Part shown: positions 17,805 through 26,933 of the stretch, in pieces
How positions within the stretch are numbered: the stretch's first letter is position 1
How the letters are laid out: the number at the start of each line of letters is the position of its first letter
NCBI GenBank assembly: GCA_963814585.1
Contig: CAWFDF010000008.1
Location: 1-64,000 of the forward strand
DNA from: an uncultured delta proteobacterium
Lineage (GTDB): Bacteria > Myxococcota > Myxococcia > Myxococcales > Anaeromyxobacteraceae
Length of the DNA: 64,000 nt
Reading direction: 5' to 3'
The notes under the pieces: generated by a model
What the model saw: the letters and a program-made list of their open reading frames with translations, nothing else
What the model was told of the DNA's origin: nothing
Database searches by the model: none
Translations under genes and position numbers: made by a program

Positions 17805-19766
17805 ATGGCCCCCCTCCGCGCCCTCGCGCTCGCGCTCGCCGCCACGCTGGCCTGGGCCTGCTCCTCGCCTGCCGACCTCGACTCGCCAGATCCTCGGCGA
17901 CGTGCCGCCGCGGTTCGCCGCCTGGGCGGCGGCCCGTCCGACCAGGCCCTGCCCGCCGTGCTGCTGGCCCAGGGCGACCGGAGCGTCGAGGTGCGGCTGG
18001 CCGCGGTGGAGGCCCTCCTGGGCCTGGGCGGGCCGCGCGCCGCCGAGGGGCTGGGGTCGATGCTGGGGGACGTCGAACCCGCGGTGGCGCGGGCGGCGGC
18101 CCTCGGGCTGGCGGAGCTGGCACCCGAGGCGGGTGGCCGGGAGCGACTGCTGGCCGGCTACGCGCTGGCGAGCTCGGCGGGGCGCGCCGCGATCGCCGAG
18201 GCGCTCCGCCACATCGGCGCCTCTCTGCGCGAGGCGGTCGAGACCGAGGCGCGAATCCGCTACGAGCGGAACCTCTCGGCGCTGGAGCGCGGCGGCCCGG
18301 CCGAGCGCGCCGGCGCGGCCGAGGAGCTGGGGGCGAGCGGGCGGGTGGAGGCGGTCACCAGGCTCCTGGGCCTGCTCGGCGACGGCACCGCGCTCGATCC
18401 GGTGGTGCTGGCCGGGGTGGCGCGCGGGCTCGGGGCGTCGGGTGACCGCGAGGTCCGGCCCCGCCTGGAGCGGCTGCTGGCCTCGCAGGGGCCCGGTGTC
18501 GCCGAGGCGGCCGCCGAGGGGCTGGGGAGGCTCGGAGACCCCGGCGCCGCCGGATCGCTGGCCGGCCCGGCCGAGCGTGGAGGTGGGCCCGGAGCGGCGG
18601 CCCTGGCGGCGCTGGGCCAGCTCCCCAGGTCCTCCGAGGTGAGCGGCGCGCTCTGCGCCGTGGCGGCGCGCTGCGTGGATCCGGGACGGGCGGCGCAGGC
18701 GGCCCGCCTGGCGCGCCAGCGAGGCGCCAGCTGCTCGGTGAGGCCGCTGCTCAACCGGATCGGGCGATCCGGCGAGCGCGCCGCGCTGGCGGCGCTGGCC
18801 GAGCTGCGCTGGGAGGGCGCCGACGCCGAGGCGGTGAGCCGCAGGCTGCTGGGTCTCCTCGCCGCCAGGGGTGGGGACCCGGCGGTTCGAGCCGCCGCCG
18901 CCCATGCCGTGGGAGCGACCGGGTGGCCCGGCGCGGCGGAGGGGGTGGCCGAGCGGGTCGCGGCCATCTACCGGCGGCTCGACGAGGTGCGCGCCAGGCT
19001 GATCGCGGACCCGAAGCACCCTCCGGCCTTCCTGGAGCCGCCCGAGGCGGCCGAGCTCGGCGCGCTGCTGGCGGCCGGTGGAAGGCTCCACGCCGACGGG
19101 CTGGCGGCGCTGGTGGAGCGGGGCCTCTCCGAGCCGGCGCCGGCCATCCGGGCGGGTGCCCTGGAGGGCCACGGCTGGCTGGCGGGGCCCGCGGCCGCTG
19201 GACGGCTGGAGCAGGGCCTGGCCGACCCGTCCCCGATCGTTCGCTCGGCCTCGGCCGCCGCGCTCAGCCGGCTCGGCGAGGCCGGGGCCCAGGCGCTGGT
19301 CCGGTTCGCGGCCCAGACCCAGCCCGCCGAGGGCGGGTGGCGGATTGAGCTGGCCGAAGCGCTGGCGCTCACCGGCAGCGCCGAGGCGGCCACCGGGCTG
19401 GCCCGGCTGCTGGAGGGCGAGTCGACCGGCGCCGCCATCCAGGGTCTCTCCCGGCTGGGAGCCTCGGCCGGGGTGAATCCGCTCCTCGACATGGTGGATC
19501 GTGGCGACGGGCGCTGGCTGCCGGAGGCGGTGGACGCCGTGGCCTCGCTCTCCGGGGGGGAGTCCGGACCGTCCATCCTGAGGCTGGTCACCAGCGAGCG
19601 CGGTGAGGTGCGAGTGGCGGCGGTGCGAGCACTGGGCCGGCTCCGCTACGAGCCGGCCTCCCCGGGGCTGGAGGCGCTCAAGAGCGACTACGTCGGGCTG
19701 GTCCGGCGCGCGGCCGTCGAGGCCCTGGCCCGCCTCCCGTCACGGCGGCCCGGGGGGCGCCGGTAG
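17805..19766 (+). CDS. HEAT/PBS-lyase repeat protein, probable lipoprotein
   Basis: Lipobox-like 'LAWAC' and repeated 'VRxAAVxALGxL' helical repeats. Confidence 0.8.
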   Translation: MAPLRALALALAATLAWACSSPADLDSPDPRRRAAAVRRLGGGPSDQALPAVLLAQGDRSVEVRLAAVEALLGLGGPRAAEGLGSMLGDVEPAVARAAALGLAELAPEAGGRERLLAGYALASSAGRAAIAEALRHIGASLREAVETEARIRYERNLSALERGGPAERAGAAEELGASGRVEAVTRLLGLLGDGTALDPVVLAGVARGLGASGDREVRPRLERLLASQGPGVAEAAAEGLGRLGDPGAAGSLAGPAERGGGPGAAALAALGQLPRSSEVSGALCAVAARCVDPGRAAQAARLARQRGASCSVRPLLNRIGRSGERAALAALAELRWEGADAEAVSRRLLGLLAARGGDPAVRAAAAHAVGATGWPGAAEGVAERVAAIYRRLDEVRARLIADPKHPPAFLEPPEAAELGALLAAGGRLHADGLAALVERGLSEPAPAIRAGALEGHGWLAGPAAAGRLEQGLADPSPIVRSASAAALSRLGEAGAQALVRFAAQTQPAEGGWRIELAEALALTGSAEAATGLARLLEGESTGAAIQGLSRLGASAGVNPLLDMVDRGDGRWLPEAVDAVASLSGGESGPSILRLVTSERGEVRVAAVRALGRLRYEPASPGLEALKSDYVGLVRRAAVEALARLPSRRPGGRR

Positions 19767-19844
19767 GGCCACGACCCAGGCCTGGGGCCGGTGCCCGCGG
19801 CGGCAAAGCGGACCGCTCGGGGAGGCTGTGCTAGGAGTCAGGGC

Positions 19845-21443
19845 ATGGCCGACCTCCGCAAGCTCAAGGACCGGGCCGCCGAGCTCGCCGCCAAGGGGAA
19901 GGTCGACAAGGCGGCCGAGGTCTTCAGGGAGATCGTCCGGGCCGACCCGCGCGACGTGGCGTCGCGCCAGAAGCTGGCGGACGTGCTCCGGCGGGGCGGG
20001 GAGATCGCCGAGGCCGTGGAGCGCTACGCCGAGGTCGCCGAGCGCTTCGCCCGCGACGGCCTGCTCATCAAGGCCATCGCCATCTGCAAGACCATCCTCG
20101 AGCTCAACCCCGATCACGGCCACACCCAGCAGCTCCTCGCCGACCTCTACGCCAAGCGGACCACGGCCGAGGCGGCACGTCCGCCGATGCGCACCATGCT
20201 GGCCATGCCGGCCGTGAAGGCGCCCGCGCCGGCCCCGGCGGCCGACCGGGTCATCGAGCTCGGGGTGGAGCCCGAGGTCGAGCTGGAGATCGAGCGCGGC
20301 GTGGCGCTGCCGCTCCCGGACATCGAGCCGCCGGCCGCGCCGCCTGGCGGGCTGCCGAAGGACGCCCTCGACCCGGACGTGCCGCCGCCGGAGCTGCGCG
20401 CCGAGGACTTCGAGCTGGGGCCGCCGGCGCCGCCCCGCCACCCCACCGCCTTCCACCGAATCGTGAGCGCCGCCGAGGAGGCCGTCCGGGCCGGGGTGGA
20501 GGAGGACATCTCGGTCGACGTGGACCTGGTCGACGACGAGACCGTGGTCCTGCTCGAGGTCGAGCCGGCCCCGGAGCCGCCCGCCGGCGAGCCAGCCGTG
20601 GCGCAGCTGCCGCGGGTGCCGATCTTCTCCGACCTGGGGCCCGAGGCCTTCGTGGCCCTCACCGAGGGGCTCTCGGTCAGCCGGCTCGCCGCCGGAGAGG
20701 CGGTGATCACCGAGGGCGAGGAGGGGACCGCCTTCTACGTGGTGGCCACCGGCCGCCTGGCCGTGACGAGGCGGGACGAGAAGGGGGAGCAGGTGGTGCT
20801 GGCCCACCTGGGCGAGGGGGAGTTCTTCGGCGAGATGGCGCTCCTCTCGGCCGCGCCCCGCAACGCCACCGTGGTCGCCGAGGAGCCCTGCGAGGTGCTG
20901 GTGATCCGGGCCGAGGTCCTGCGCTCGCTGGCCGGCCGCTTCCCGCACCTGGCCGACTCGCTGCGCCGCTTCTACCGCCAGCGGCTGCTGGCCAACGCGC
21001 TGGCGGTCAGCCCGCTCTTCCGCCCCTTCGGCCGGGGCGACCGCAAGCTGGTGATGGAGAAGTTCCGCGAGCGGACGGTCCGGCCGGGCGAGGTGATCGT
21101 CCGCGAGGGGACCCCGTCCGACGGGCTCTACGTGGTGCTGGACGGCGCGCTCGACGTCTCCCACCACACCGCGGCCGGCGAGGTGCTGGTGGGGAGCCTG
21201 CGCGAGGGGGACCTGTTCGGCGAGATGAGCTGCCTGCGCAAGACCGGGGCGACCGCCACGGTGACGGTGAAGCGAGGCGGGTCGTTGCTGCGGCTCCAGC
21301 GGACCGACTTCGACGCCCTGGTGATGACCTACCCGACCGTGCTGGAGCTGATGTCGCAGCTGACCGAGGAGCGCACCCAGAACCTCGACCTCATCCTCTC
21401 GGGAGCGGCCGAGTTCACCGAGGACGGGCTGGTCCTCATCTAA
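19845..21443 (+). CDS. TPR + tandem cyclic nucleotide-binding domain protein
   Basis: N-terminal TPRs, acidic/Pro linker, cNMP domain 1 (FFGEMALLSAAPRNATV) and cNMP domain 2 (LFGEMSCL). Confidence 0.88.
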   Translation: MADLRKLKDRAAELAAKGKVDKAAEVFREIVRADPRDVASRQKLADVLRRGGEIAEAVERYAEVAERFARDGLLIKAIAICKTILELNPDHGHTQQLLADLYAKRTTAEAARPPMRTMLAMPAVKAPAPAPAADRVIELGVEPEVELEIERGVALPLPDIEPPAAPPGGLPKDALDPDVPPPELRAEDFELGPPAPPRHPTAFHRIVSAAEEAVRAGVEEDISVDVDLVDDETVVLLEVEPAPEPPAGEPAVAQLPRVPIFSDLGPEAFVALTEGLSVSRLAAGEAVITEGEEGTAFYVVATGRLAVTRRDEKGEQVVLAHLGEGEFFGEMALLSAAPRNATVVAEEPCEVLVIRAEVLRSLAGRFPHLADSLRRFYRQRLLANALAVSPLFRPFGRGDRKLVMEKFRERTVRPGEVIVREGTPSDGLYVVLDGALDVSHHTAAGEVLVGSLREGDLFGEMSCLRKTGATATVTVKRGGSLLRLQRTDFDALVMTYPTVLELMSQLTEERTQNLDLILSGAAEFTEDGLVLI

Positions 21444-21495
21444 TGCCCGTGGTGGGTTGGCCCGCCGAGCCGGCCTGGCGTCGGCAGGCCCCCCG

Positions 21496-23277
21496 TCACG
21501 CCTGCCCCGCGACGGGCGGAGGAGGAGGCATCGGCGGAGGCGGAACGGCCGCCACCGTCTCCAGGATCGGCGTCTGTCCGAAGCGGGTGCGCAGCACGGC
21601 GCCGAAGGTGGCCATCAGCACCGTGGCCCAGGCCAGCCAGCCCAGGAACGGGATGGCGAAGACCAGCATCAGCAGCCAGAGGCCGATGGCCAGCTGGAGG
21701 ATGCCGATCCCCCGGTGGAGCGCGGCCGGCAGGGCCCGGCCGATGAGCAGCGCCGCCGCGGTGAGGCCGAGCAGGTAGGCCACCAGCACGCCCAGGACCT
21801 GCACGGCGATGAGCGGGATCCCGACCAGCGTCACCGCCAGCAGCAGCGTCAGCAGCGGCTGGGCCAGGATCCCCAGCAGGCCGGCCAGCAGGGCCCTCCC
21901 CGGGGCGGCGCGCAGGGAGGCGGACACCGCCTCGACGCGGCGCGGGAACAGGGTCAGGAGCAGGAAGCCCAGCAGCAGCGAGACCCCGAACATGGCCAGG
22001 AACTTGGCCAGGGCCCAGCCCGCGCTCCCGCCCTCCTCGTGACCTCGCAGGCCGACCGACCTGATCACCTCGCCCAGGCCGGGGATCCCCACGGTCACCT
22101 TCTGCCCGGCGACGTCGCCGGCCGGATCGATCAGCACGCGGCCGCCGATGGCGACGGCGTCCTTCTCCACCGAGGCGCCGGGGCCGACGTGGACGTCGCC
22201 GGCGATGGCCACCACCTGGCGCGCCGAGGCGCCGGCCTCCAGGGTCACGCTGCCGAGCACCGCCACCACCTCGCGGGCCTCGGCGCCCGGGCGCAGGGTC
22301 ACGCTCCCACGCACCGCGGTGACGTCGCGGGCCGCCTCCCCGGGCTCGACCACCACGTCGCCGCCGACGCTCTCCCGATCGCTCCGGGAGCCGCCCTCCG
22401 CCTCGCGGGTCTCCCGCTCCAGGCGGCGCACCTCGCGCTCGGCGGTGCGGGTGGCCTCCTCGGTCATCCGCTCGATCTCCTCGCCCAGCTCGGCGAACCC
22501 CTCGACCCGCAGGCCGCGTCCGCCGCGCGGCGAGACGATCACCACGTCGCCCTGCCGCTCGGCGGTGAGGCCGGCCTGGGGCAGGACGGCCCTCAGCACG
22601 TCCTCGACCGGAGCGGCCTTGAAGTGGGCCGTCACCTTGCCGTGCAGGCCGGGCGGCAGCGAGATGGAGAGGCCGGTCTTGCGGCCGATCTCGAGCAGGG
22701 CGTCGCGCCCGTCGACGTCCTCGAAGTCGCCGGTGAAGCTCCGGCCGCTCGGCCTGTCGAAGCCGGACAGGATCGGCCTGGGCGGACGCGGGGGCGTGGC
22801 CGGCCCCAGCCCGGGTGCCACCGCCACGATGGTGCCGCGGCGGGTGGCTACCAGCCCGGAGCCGGAGAGGACGGCGCGGAGCGCCTCCTCGACCGGGACG
22901 TCCCGGAGCCGGAGCATCAGCATCCGGTCACCGAGCCGGCCGGTGTTGGTGGCGACGCTCCAGCCCGCCGCCTTCCCGATCTCGACCGCGGCGTCGTCGA
23001 TGGTCTCCTTGCCCTCGAGCGTGATGCGCTTGCCGGAGGGCTCGGCCGGCCACTCGCCGCGCAGCACGTCGGCGTCGCCCACCGCCACCTCGACCCGGGC
23101 CGGGGCCCGAGGCGGCGGCGGCAGCGGCGGGGGCTGGCGGAGTCCGCCCAGGGCCGGCGGCCGCGGCATGGGTGGAGCCGCCCGCTCCACGGCCGGCGGA
23201 GGCGGCGGCGCGGGAGGAGGCGGGCCGGCCGTCTCGGGGCCCTGGAAGAGGAAGAGCGAGGCGACGAGGGCGAACAT
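21496..23277 (-). CDS. Membrane protein with signal peptide, two STN-like domains, a bactofilin-like beta-helix and a C-terminal multi-TM domain
   Basis: ATG 23277 follows GGAG. Repeats 'LRDVPVEEALRAVL..SGL' and 'FKAAPVEDVLRAVL..AGL', then 'GDVVV/GSVTL/GDVHV' turns, then about 5-6 hydrophobic helices. Confidence 0.7.
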   Translation of the reverse strand: MFALVASLFLFQGPETAGPPPPAPPPPPAVERAAPPMPRPPALGGLRQPPPLPPPPRAPARVEVAVGDADVLRGEWPAEPSGKRITLEGKETIDDAAVEIGKAAGWSVATNTGRLGDRMLMLRLRDVPVEEALRAVLSGSGLVATRRGTIVAVAPGLGPATPPRPPRPILSGFDRPSGRSFTGDFEDVDGRDALLEIGRKTGLSISLPPGLHGKVTAHFKAAPVEDVLRAVLPQAGLTAERQGDVVIVSPRGGRGLRVEGFAELGEEIERMTEEATRTAEREVRRLERETREAEGGSRSDRESVGGDVVVEPGEAARDVTAVRGSVTLRPGAEAREVVAVLGSVTLEAGASARQVVAIAGDVHVGPGASVEKDAVAIGGRVLIDPAGDVAGQKVTVGIPGLGEVIRSVGLRGHEEGGSAGWALAKFLAMFGVSLLLGFLLLTLFPRRVEAVSASLRAAPGRALLAGLLGILAQPLLTLLLAVTLVGIPLIAVQVLGVLVAYLLGLTAAALLIGRALPAALHRGIGILQLAIGLWLLMLVFAIPFLGWLAWATVLMATFGAVLRTRFGQTPILETVAAVPPPPMPPPPPVAGQA

Positions 23278-23288
23278 GGAGGCTCCGT

Positions 23289-23810
23289 TCAGACGGTCTC
23301 GGTGCGGGCCGCCGGCATGAGGCGCGAGAGGCCGAAGATCAAGGGGAGCGAGAAGAGGGTGGTGGCGAGCAGCAGCTGCAACCGCAGGGCGGAGAAGAGG
23401 CCGGGCAGCACGCCCGCGCCCAGCCGGACCGCGCGCGCCGCGAGATCGAGCTGCTCGGAGACCGCGCTCACCGCGTTGCCGAGGCCGGTGGCGCCGGCGG
23501 CGGCGAGGCTGGCGCCGGCGACCAGGAGGACGGCGGCGGCGATGCCGAAGGCCCAGCGCCGCTCCCGGGCGGCGGCCCGCTCGGCGTCGTCGATGCGGGC
23601 CATCACCTGGGCCGTGAAGTCGGCCGGCAGCTCCGGGACCGGCAGGCCGTCGAGGGCCTCGTCGAGCGCCCGGAAGGAGTCGACCAGGACGGCGCACTCG
23701 GCGCAGGAGGCCGCGTGCTCGGCGGCGCCGGCGTCGCCGACGGGGTCGAGCGCCCGCTCGAGGAGCCGCTGGGCCTGCGCATCGGTCAGGTGTCCGGTCA
23801 TGGTGTTCAT
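23289..23810 (-). CDS. Zinc-binding (zf-HC2/ZAS) transmembrane anti-sigma factor
   Basis: HLT...HAASCAEC (HxxxCxxC), 'PADFTAQVMARI' and TM helices. Directly downstream of the ECF sigma gene. Confidence 0.85.
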   Translation of the reverse strand: MNTMTGHLTDAQAQRLLERALDPVGDAGAAEHAASCAECAVLVDSFRALDEALDGLPVPELPADFTAQVMARIDDAERAAARERRWAFGIAAAVLLVAGASLAAAGATGLGNAVSAVSEQLDLAARAVRLGAGVLPGLFSALRLQLLLATTLFSLPLIFGLSRLMPAARTETV

Positions 23811-23811
23811 G

Positions 23812-24462
23812 TCATCCCTCCAACCCTTGCTCGACGAGCGTGGCGCGCAGCTTGCCCCGGGCGCGGTGCAGCCAGGTCATGACGGTCCCCATCGGCACGT
23901 CGAGCGTCTCGGCGATCTCCTTGTAGGAGAGCTGCTCGACGTGGAACAGCTGGATCACCTCGCGGTAGTTGGCCGGCAGCGCCGCCACCGCCGCCTCCAG
24001 CGTGGCGCGGGTCTGGGCGTGCTCCAGGACCGTGTCGGCGGCCGGCCCGTCACCGGCCAGCTCGGTCGCCGGGGCCCCGTCGGCGGGCTCGGCGTCGAGC
24101 GGCACCTGGCGGCTGGCCGGGACGCGGCGGCGCAGCAGGTCGAGGGCGTGGTTGCGCGTGATGCGGAGGATCCAGGGCGTGAACGGCTGGGACGGATCGT
24201 AGGTCGAGATGGCGCCCCACGCCCGCACGAAGGTCTCCTGGGCGGCGTCGCGCGCCTCCTCGGGCTCGTGGAGGAGCCGGAAGGCGAGCCCGTAGACGGC
24301 CCGCCGGTGCAGGTCGACGAGCCTGGCGAAGGCGGCGCGGTCGCCGCGCGCCGCGGAGCGCGCCAGCAGGGCGTCTGGGTTCTGCTCCTTCACCTGTGGC
24401 AGGACCTCGGCAAGGGCGGGGAGGGTGAGTACCAGGGCGGGGTATGTCGTGGCGCCAACCAT
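23812..24462 (-). CDS. ECF RNA polymerase sigma factor (SigW/RpoE-like)
   Basis: GDRAAFARLV, ARDAAQETFVRAW, FTPWILRITRN and LSYKEIAETLDVPMGTVMTWLHRAR. Confidence 0.92.
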   Translation of the reverse strand: MVGATTYPALVLTLPALAEVLPQVKEQNPDALLARSAARGDRAAFARLVDLHRRAVYGLAFRLLHEPEEARDAAQETFVRAWGAISTYDPSQPFTPWILRITRNHALDLLRRRVPASRQVPLDAEPADGAPATELAGDGPAADTVLEHAQTRATLEAAVAALPANYREVIQLFHVEQLSYKEIAETLDVPMGTVMTWLHRARGKLRATLVEQGLEG

Positions 24463-24471
24463 GCCATTCCC

Positions 24472-24497
24472 TACGGGATTCCGGCCGCGCTATTTCG
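24472..24497 (-). promoter_or_regulatory. Putative autoregulatory ECF promoter
   Basis: Minus strand reads CGAAAT-N16-CGTA, ending 9 nt upstream of the sigma ATG. Close to the SigW consensus TGAAAC-N16-CGTA. Confidence 0.6.
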
Positions 24498-24645
24498 GGC
24501 CGAGCGGGCTCGCTCCACTCCGACCCAGGGTAGTTAGAAAACCAAGTGAGATCCGCCGGTTGCGCTGCCCAGATCCAGCCGAGTCGATGCTCGGCCAGCA
24601 GGATGGCCAGCGCTCCACCGGGCGGTGAGGCGCTAGAGTCCCGCC

Positions 24646-25764
24646 ATGACGGACGAGCTCCCCATCCTCATCGACGGCTCGCAGGGAGGCGGGGGCGGGC
24701 AGCTCCTGCGAACCGCGCTGGCCCTGGCCTGCGTCACCGGGCGTCCGTTCACCATCTCACGGATCCGGTCGGAGCGGAGCGAGCCGGGGCTGGGGCCGGG
24801 GCACGTCGAGACGGCGCGGGCGGCGGCCGGTCTCTGCGACGCCGAGCTGGCGGGCGATGCGGTGGGGAGCCAGCGGCTCACCTTCGCGCCGAGGCGGCCG
24901 GTGGTCCCGGTCGATCGCAGGCTCGACCTCGGCGCCGTGGGCTCGGCGCCGCTGGCGCTCCAGACCCTCTGCTGGCCGCTGGCGCTGGCCGGTGGGGTCT
25001 CGACGCTGACCATCTCCGGCGGCACCCACCAGGAGGGCAAGCCGGGGTTTCACGACCTGGCCATGGTCTGGGCGCCGGCCATGGCCAGGCTCGGCTTCAG
25101 CTTCGAGCTCGCCCTGCAGGCGGCCGGCTTCGATCCCGAGGGCGGTGGTGCGCTCACGGCCCGGATCGGGCCGGCCCGGCCCACGCCGCCCCTCGACCTG
25201 CGCCACCGCGGCCTGCTGACCGGGGTGGAGGTGCTGGCCATGGTGGGTGGCCTGCCCTGGGCCGACGCCGTGGCCGAGGCGGCCCAGGCCCAGAAGGAGC
25301 TCACCTCGCTCGGCGTGCCGTCGGAGGTGGAGCGCCTGGCGCTTCCGGTGCGAGGATCACGCGGCCGGCACACCCTGCTGGTGGCCAGCTTCGAGCGGGT
25401 CCGCTCCGGCCACGGCGCGACCCGCTCCGGGCCGAGGGCCGCCGAGGGGGCGGCGGCCGAGGCCGTGGCGTCCCTCCGGGATCACCTCGATCGCGGGGGC
25501 GGCGTCGACCAGCACCTGGCCGACCAGCTGCTGGTCCCGGCGGCGCTGGTGGCGGCGGGGCTGGTCGGGCCGCCCATCGGTGCGCCGCCGGCCACCCGCT
25601 ACACGGCGAGCGCGCTGACGCCCCGGCTGGAGGGGACGGCCGCGGTCATCCGCCGGTTCCTCGACGTGGAGGTGAGCCTGATCGGCCCGCTCGGCGAGGA
25701 GGCCGAGATCCGGGTCCAGCCGCCTGGTTCGGAGGTCGAGCTGCTGCCGCTCCGGGGACCGTGA
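24646..25764 (+). CDS. rtcA: RNA 3'-terminal phosphate cyclase family protein (divergent; catalytic His apparently replaced)
   Basis: IDGSQGGGGGQLLRTALAL, GGTH, GFDPEGGG and VDQHLADQLLVP. Confidence 0.8.
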   Translation: MTDELPILIDGSQGGGGGQLLRTALALACVTGRPFTISRIRSERSEPGLGPGHVETARAAAGLCDAELAGDAVGSQRLTFAPRRPVVPVDRRLDLGAVGSAPLALQTLCWPLALAGGVSTLTISGGTHQEGKPGFHDLAMVWAPAMARLGFSFELALQAAGFDPEGGGALTARIGPARPTPPLDLRHRGLLTGVEVLAMVGGLPWADAVAEAAQAQKELTSLGVPSEVERLALPVRGSRGRHTLLVASFERVRSGHGATRSGPRAAEGAAAEAVASLRDHLDRGGGVDQHLADQLLVPAALVAAGLVGPPIGAPPATRYTASALTPRLEGTAAVIRRFLDVEVSLIGPLGEEAEIRVQPPGSEVELLPLRGP

Positions 25765-25782
25765 ACGGGCGCCGAAGGAACG

Positions 25783-25811
25783 TTGTCCGGTCGGGGGTCC
25801 GCGGTTATAAG
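25783..25811 (+). promoter_or_regulatory. Putative sigma70 promoter of apbC
   Basis: TTGTCC-N17-TATAAG, 10 nt before the ATG. Confidence 0.55.
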
Positions 25812-25821
25812 ACCCCCGCCC

Positions 25822-26910
25822 ATGGCCATCGACAAGAGAGCAGCGCTGGAAGCCCTGAAGAAGGTGAACGACCCCGAGCTGCACCGGGACCTCGTCAGCC
25901 TCGGGATGGTGAAGGACCTCGCCGTCGAGGGGACCTCGGTCTCCCTCCAGGTCGAGCTGACCACGCCCGCCTGCCCGCTGAAGGACACCATCGGCCGCGA
26001 CGTCGAGGCGGCGCTCAAGGCCGCCGGCGCCACCGCCGTGAAGATCAGCTGGGGCGCGCAGGTCCGCTCCGCCCCCGGCGCGTCGGCCGCCTCCATGACG
26101 CCGGGCGTGAAGAACATCATCCTGGTCGGCGCCGGCAAGGGAGGCGTCGGCAAGAGCACGGTGGCGATCAACCTGGCCGTGGCGCTGGCCCAGCTGGGCG
26201 CCCGGGTGGGGATCCTCGACGCCGACATCTACGGCCCGTCGGTGCCGATCCTGACCGGCATCACCGAGAAGCCGACCTCCAGGGACGGCAAGCGCATCAC
26301 CCCGCTGCGCGCCCACGGGGTCGACGTGATGTCGATCGGCTTCCTCGTCGATCCCGACCAGGCGCTCATCTGGCGCGGGCCCATGGCCACCGGAGCGCTG
26401 CTGCAGCTGCTCCGGGAGGTGGACTGGGGCGAGCTCGACTACCTGGTGCTCGACCTGCCGCCCGGCACCGGCGACATCCCGCTCACCATCGCCCAGAACG
26501 TCAAGGCGGCCGGCGTGGTCCTGGTGTCGACGCCGCAGGACGTGGCGCTGGCCGACGTCATCAGGGCCAAGCTCATGTTCGACAAGGTCTCGGTCCCCAT
26601 CCTCGGCATCGTCGAGAACATGTCGGCCTTCGTCTGCCCGCACTGCCATGCCGAGACGCCCATCTTCGACAAGGGCGGCGCGCGGGATGCCGCCGAGAAG
26701 ATGGGCATCCGCTTCCTCGGCGAGGTGCCGCTCGACCTGGCCATCCGCGTCGGCGGCGACAAGGGGCTGCCGGTGGTGGCCGGAGCGCCCGACAGCGTGC
26801 AGTCCAGGGCCTTCATCGAGGTGGCCAAGCAGGTGGCCGGCGCGGTGAGCCAGCAGGTGGTCAAGGCCCCGCGCCTGCCGGTCATTGGTCAGCAGGCCGC
26901 GCGGGGGTAA
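25822..26910 (+). CDS. apbC: Mrp/NBP35 Fe-S cluster carrier ATPase
   Basis: N-terminal DUF59-like DPELHRDLVSLGMV...TTPACP, GKGGVGKST, DADIYGPS, DLPPGTGD and ENMSAFVCPHC. Confidence 0.93.
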   Translation: MAIDKRAALEALKKVNDPELHRDLVSLGMVKDLAVEGTSVSLQVELTTPACPLKDTIGRDVEAALKAAGATAVKISWGAQVRSAPGASAASMTPGVKNIILVGAGKGGVGKSTVAINLAVALAQLGARVGILDADIYGPSVPILTGITEKPTSRDGKRITPLRAHGVDVMSIGFLVDPDQALIWRGPMATGALLQLLREVDWGELDYLVLDLPPGTGDIPLTIAQNVKAAGVVLVSTPQDVALADVIRAKLMFDKVSVPILGIVENMSAFVCPHCHAETPIFDKGGARDAAEKMGIRFLGEVPLDLAIRVGGDKGLPVVAGAPDSVQSRAFIEVAKQVAGAVSQQVVKAPRLPVIGQQAARG

Positions 26911-26933
26911 CATCCGGGGTGCCGGAGGGCACC

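Noticed and set aside
21457..24537. 1026-aa plus-strand ORF (likewise 8217..11066, 32235..35624, 37062..39632 and 46876..49914)
   Set aside because: Antisense shadows of well-supported genes, with no motifs and biased composition.
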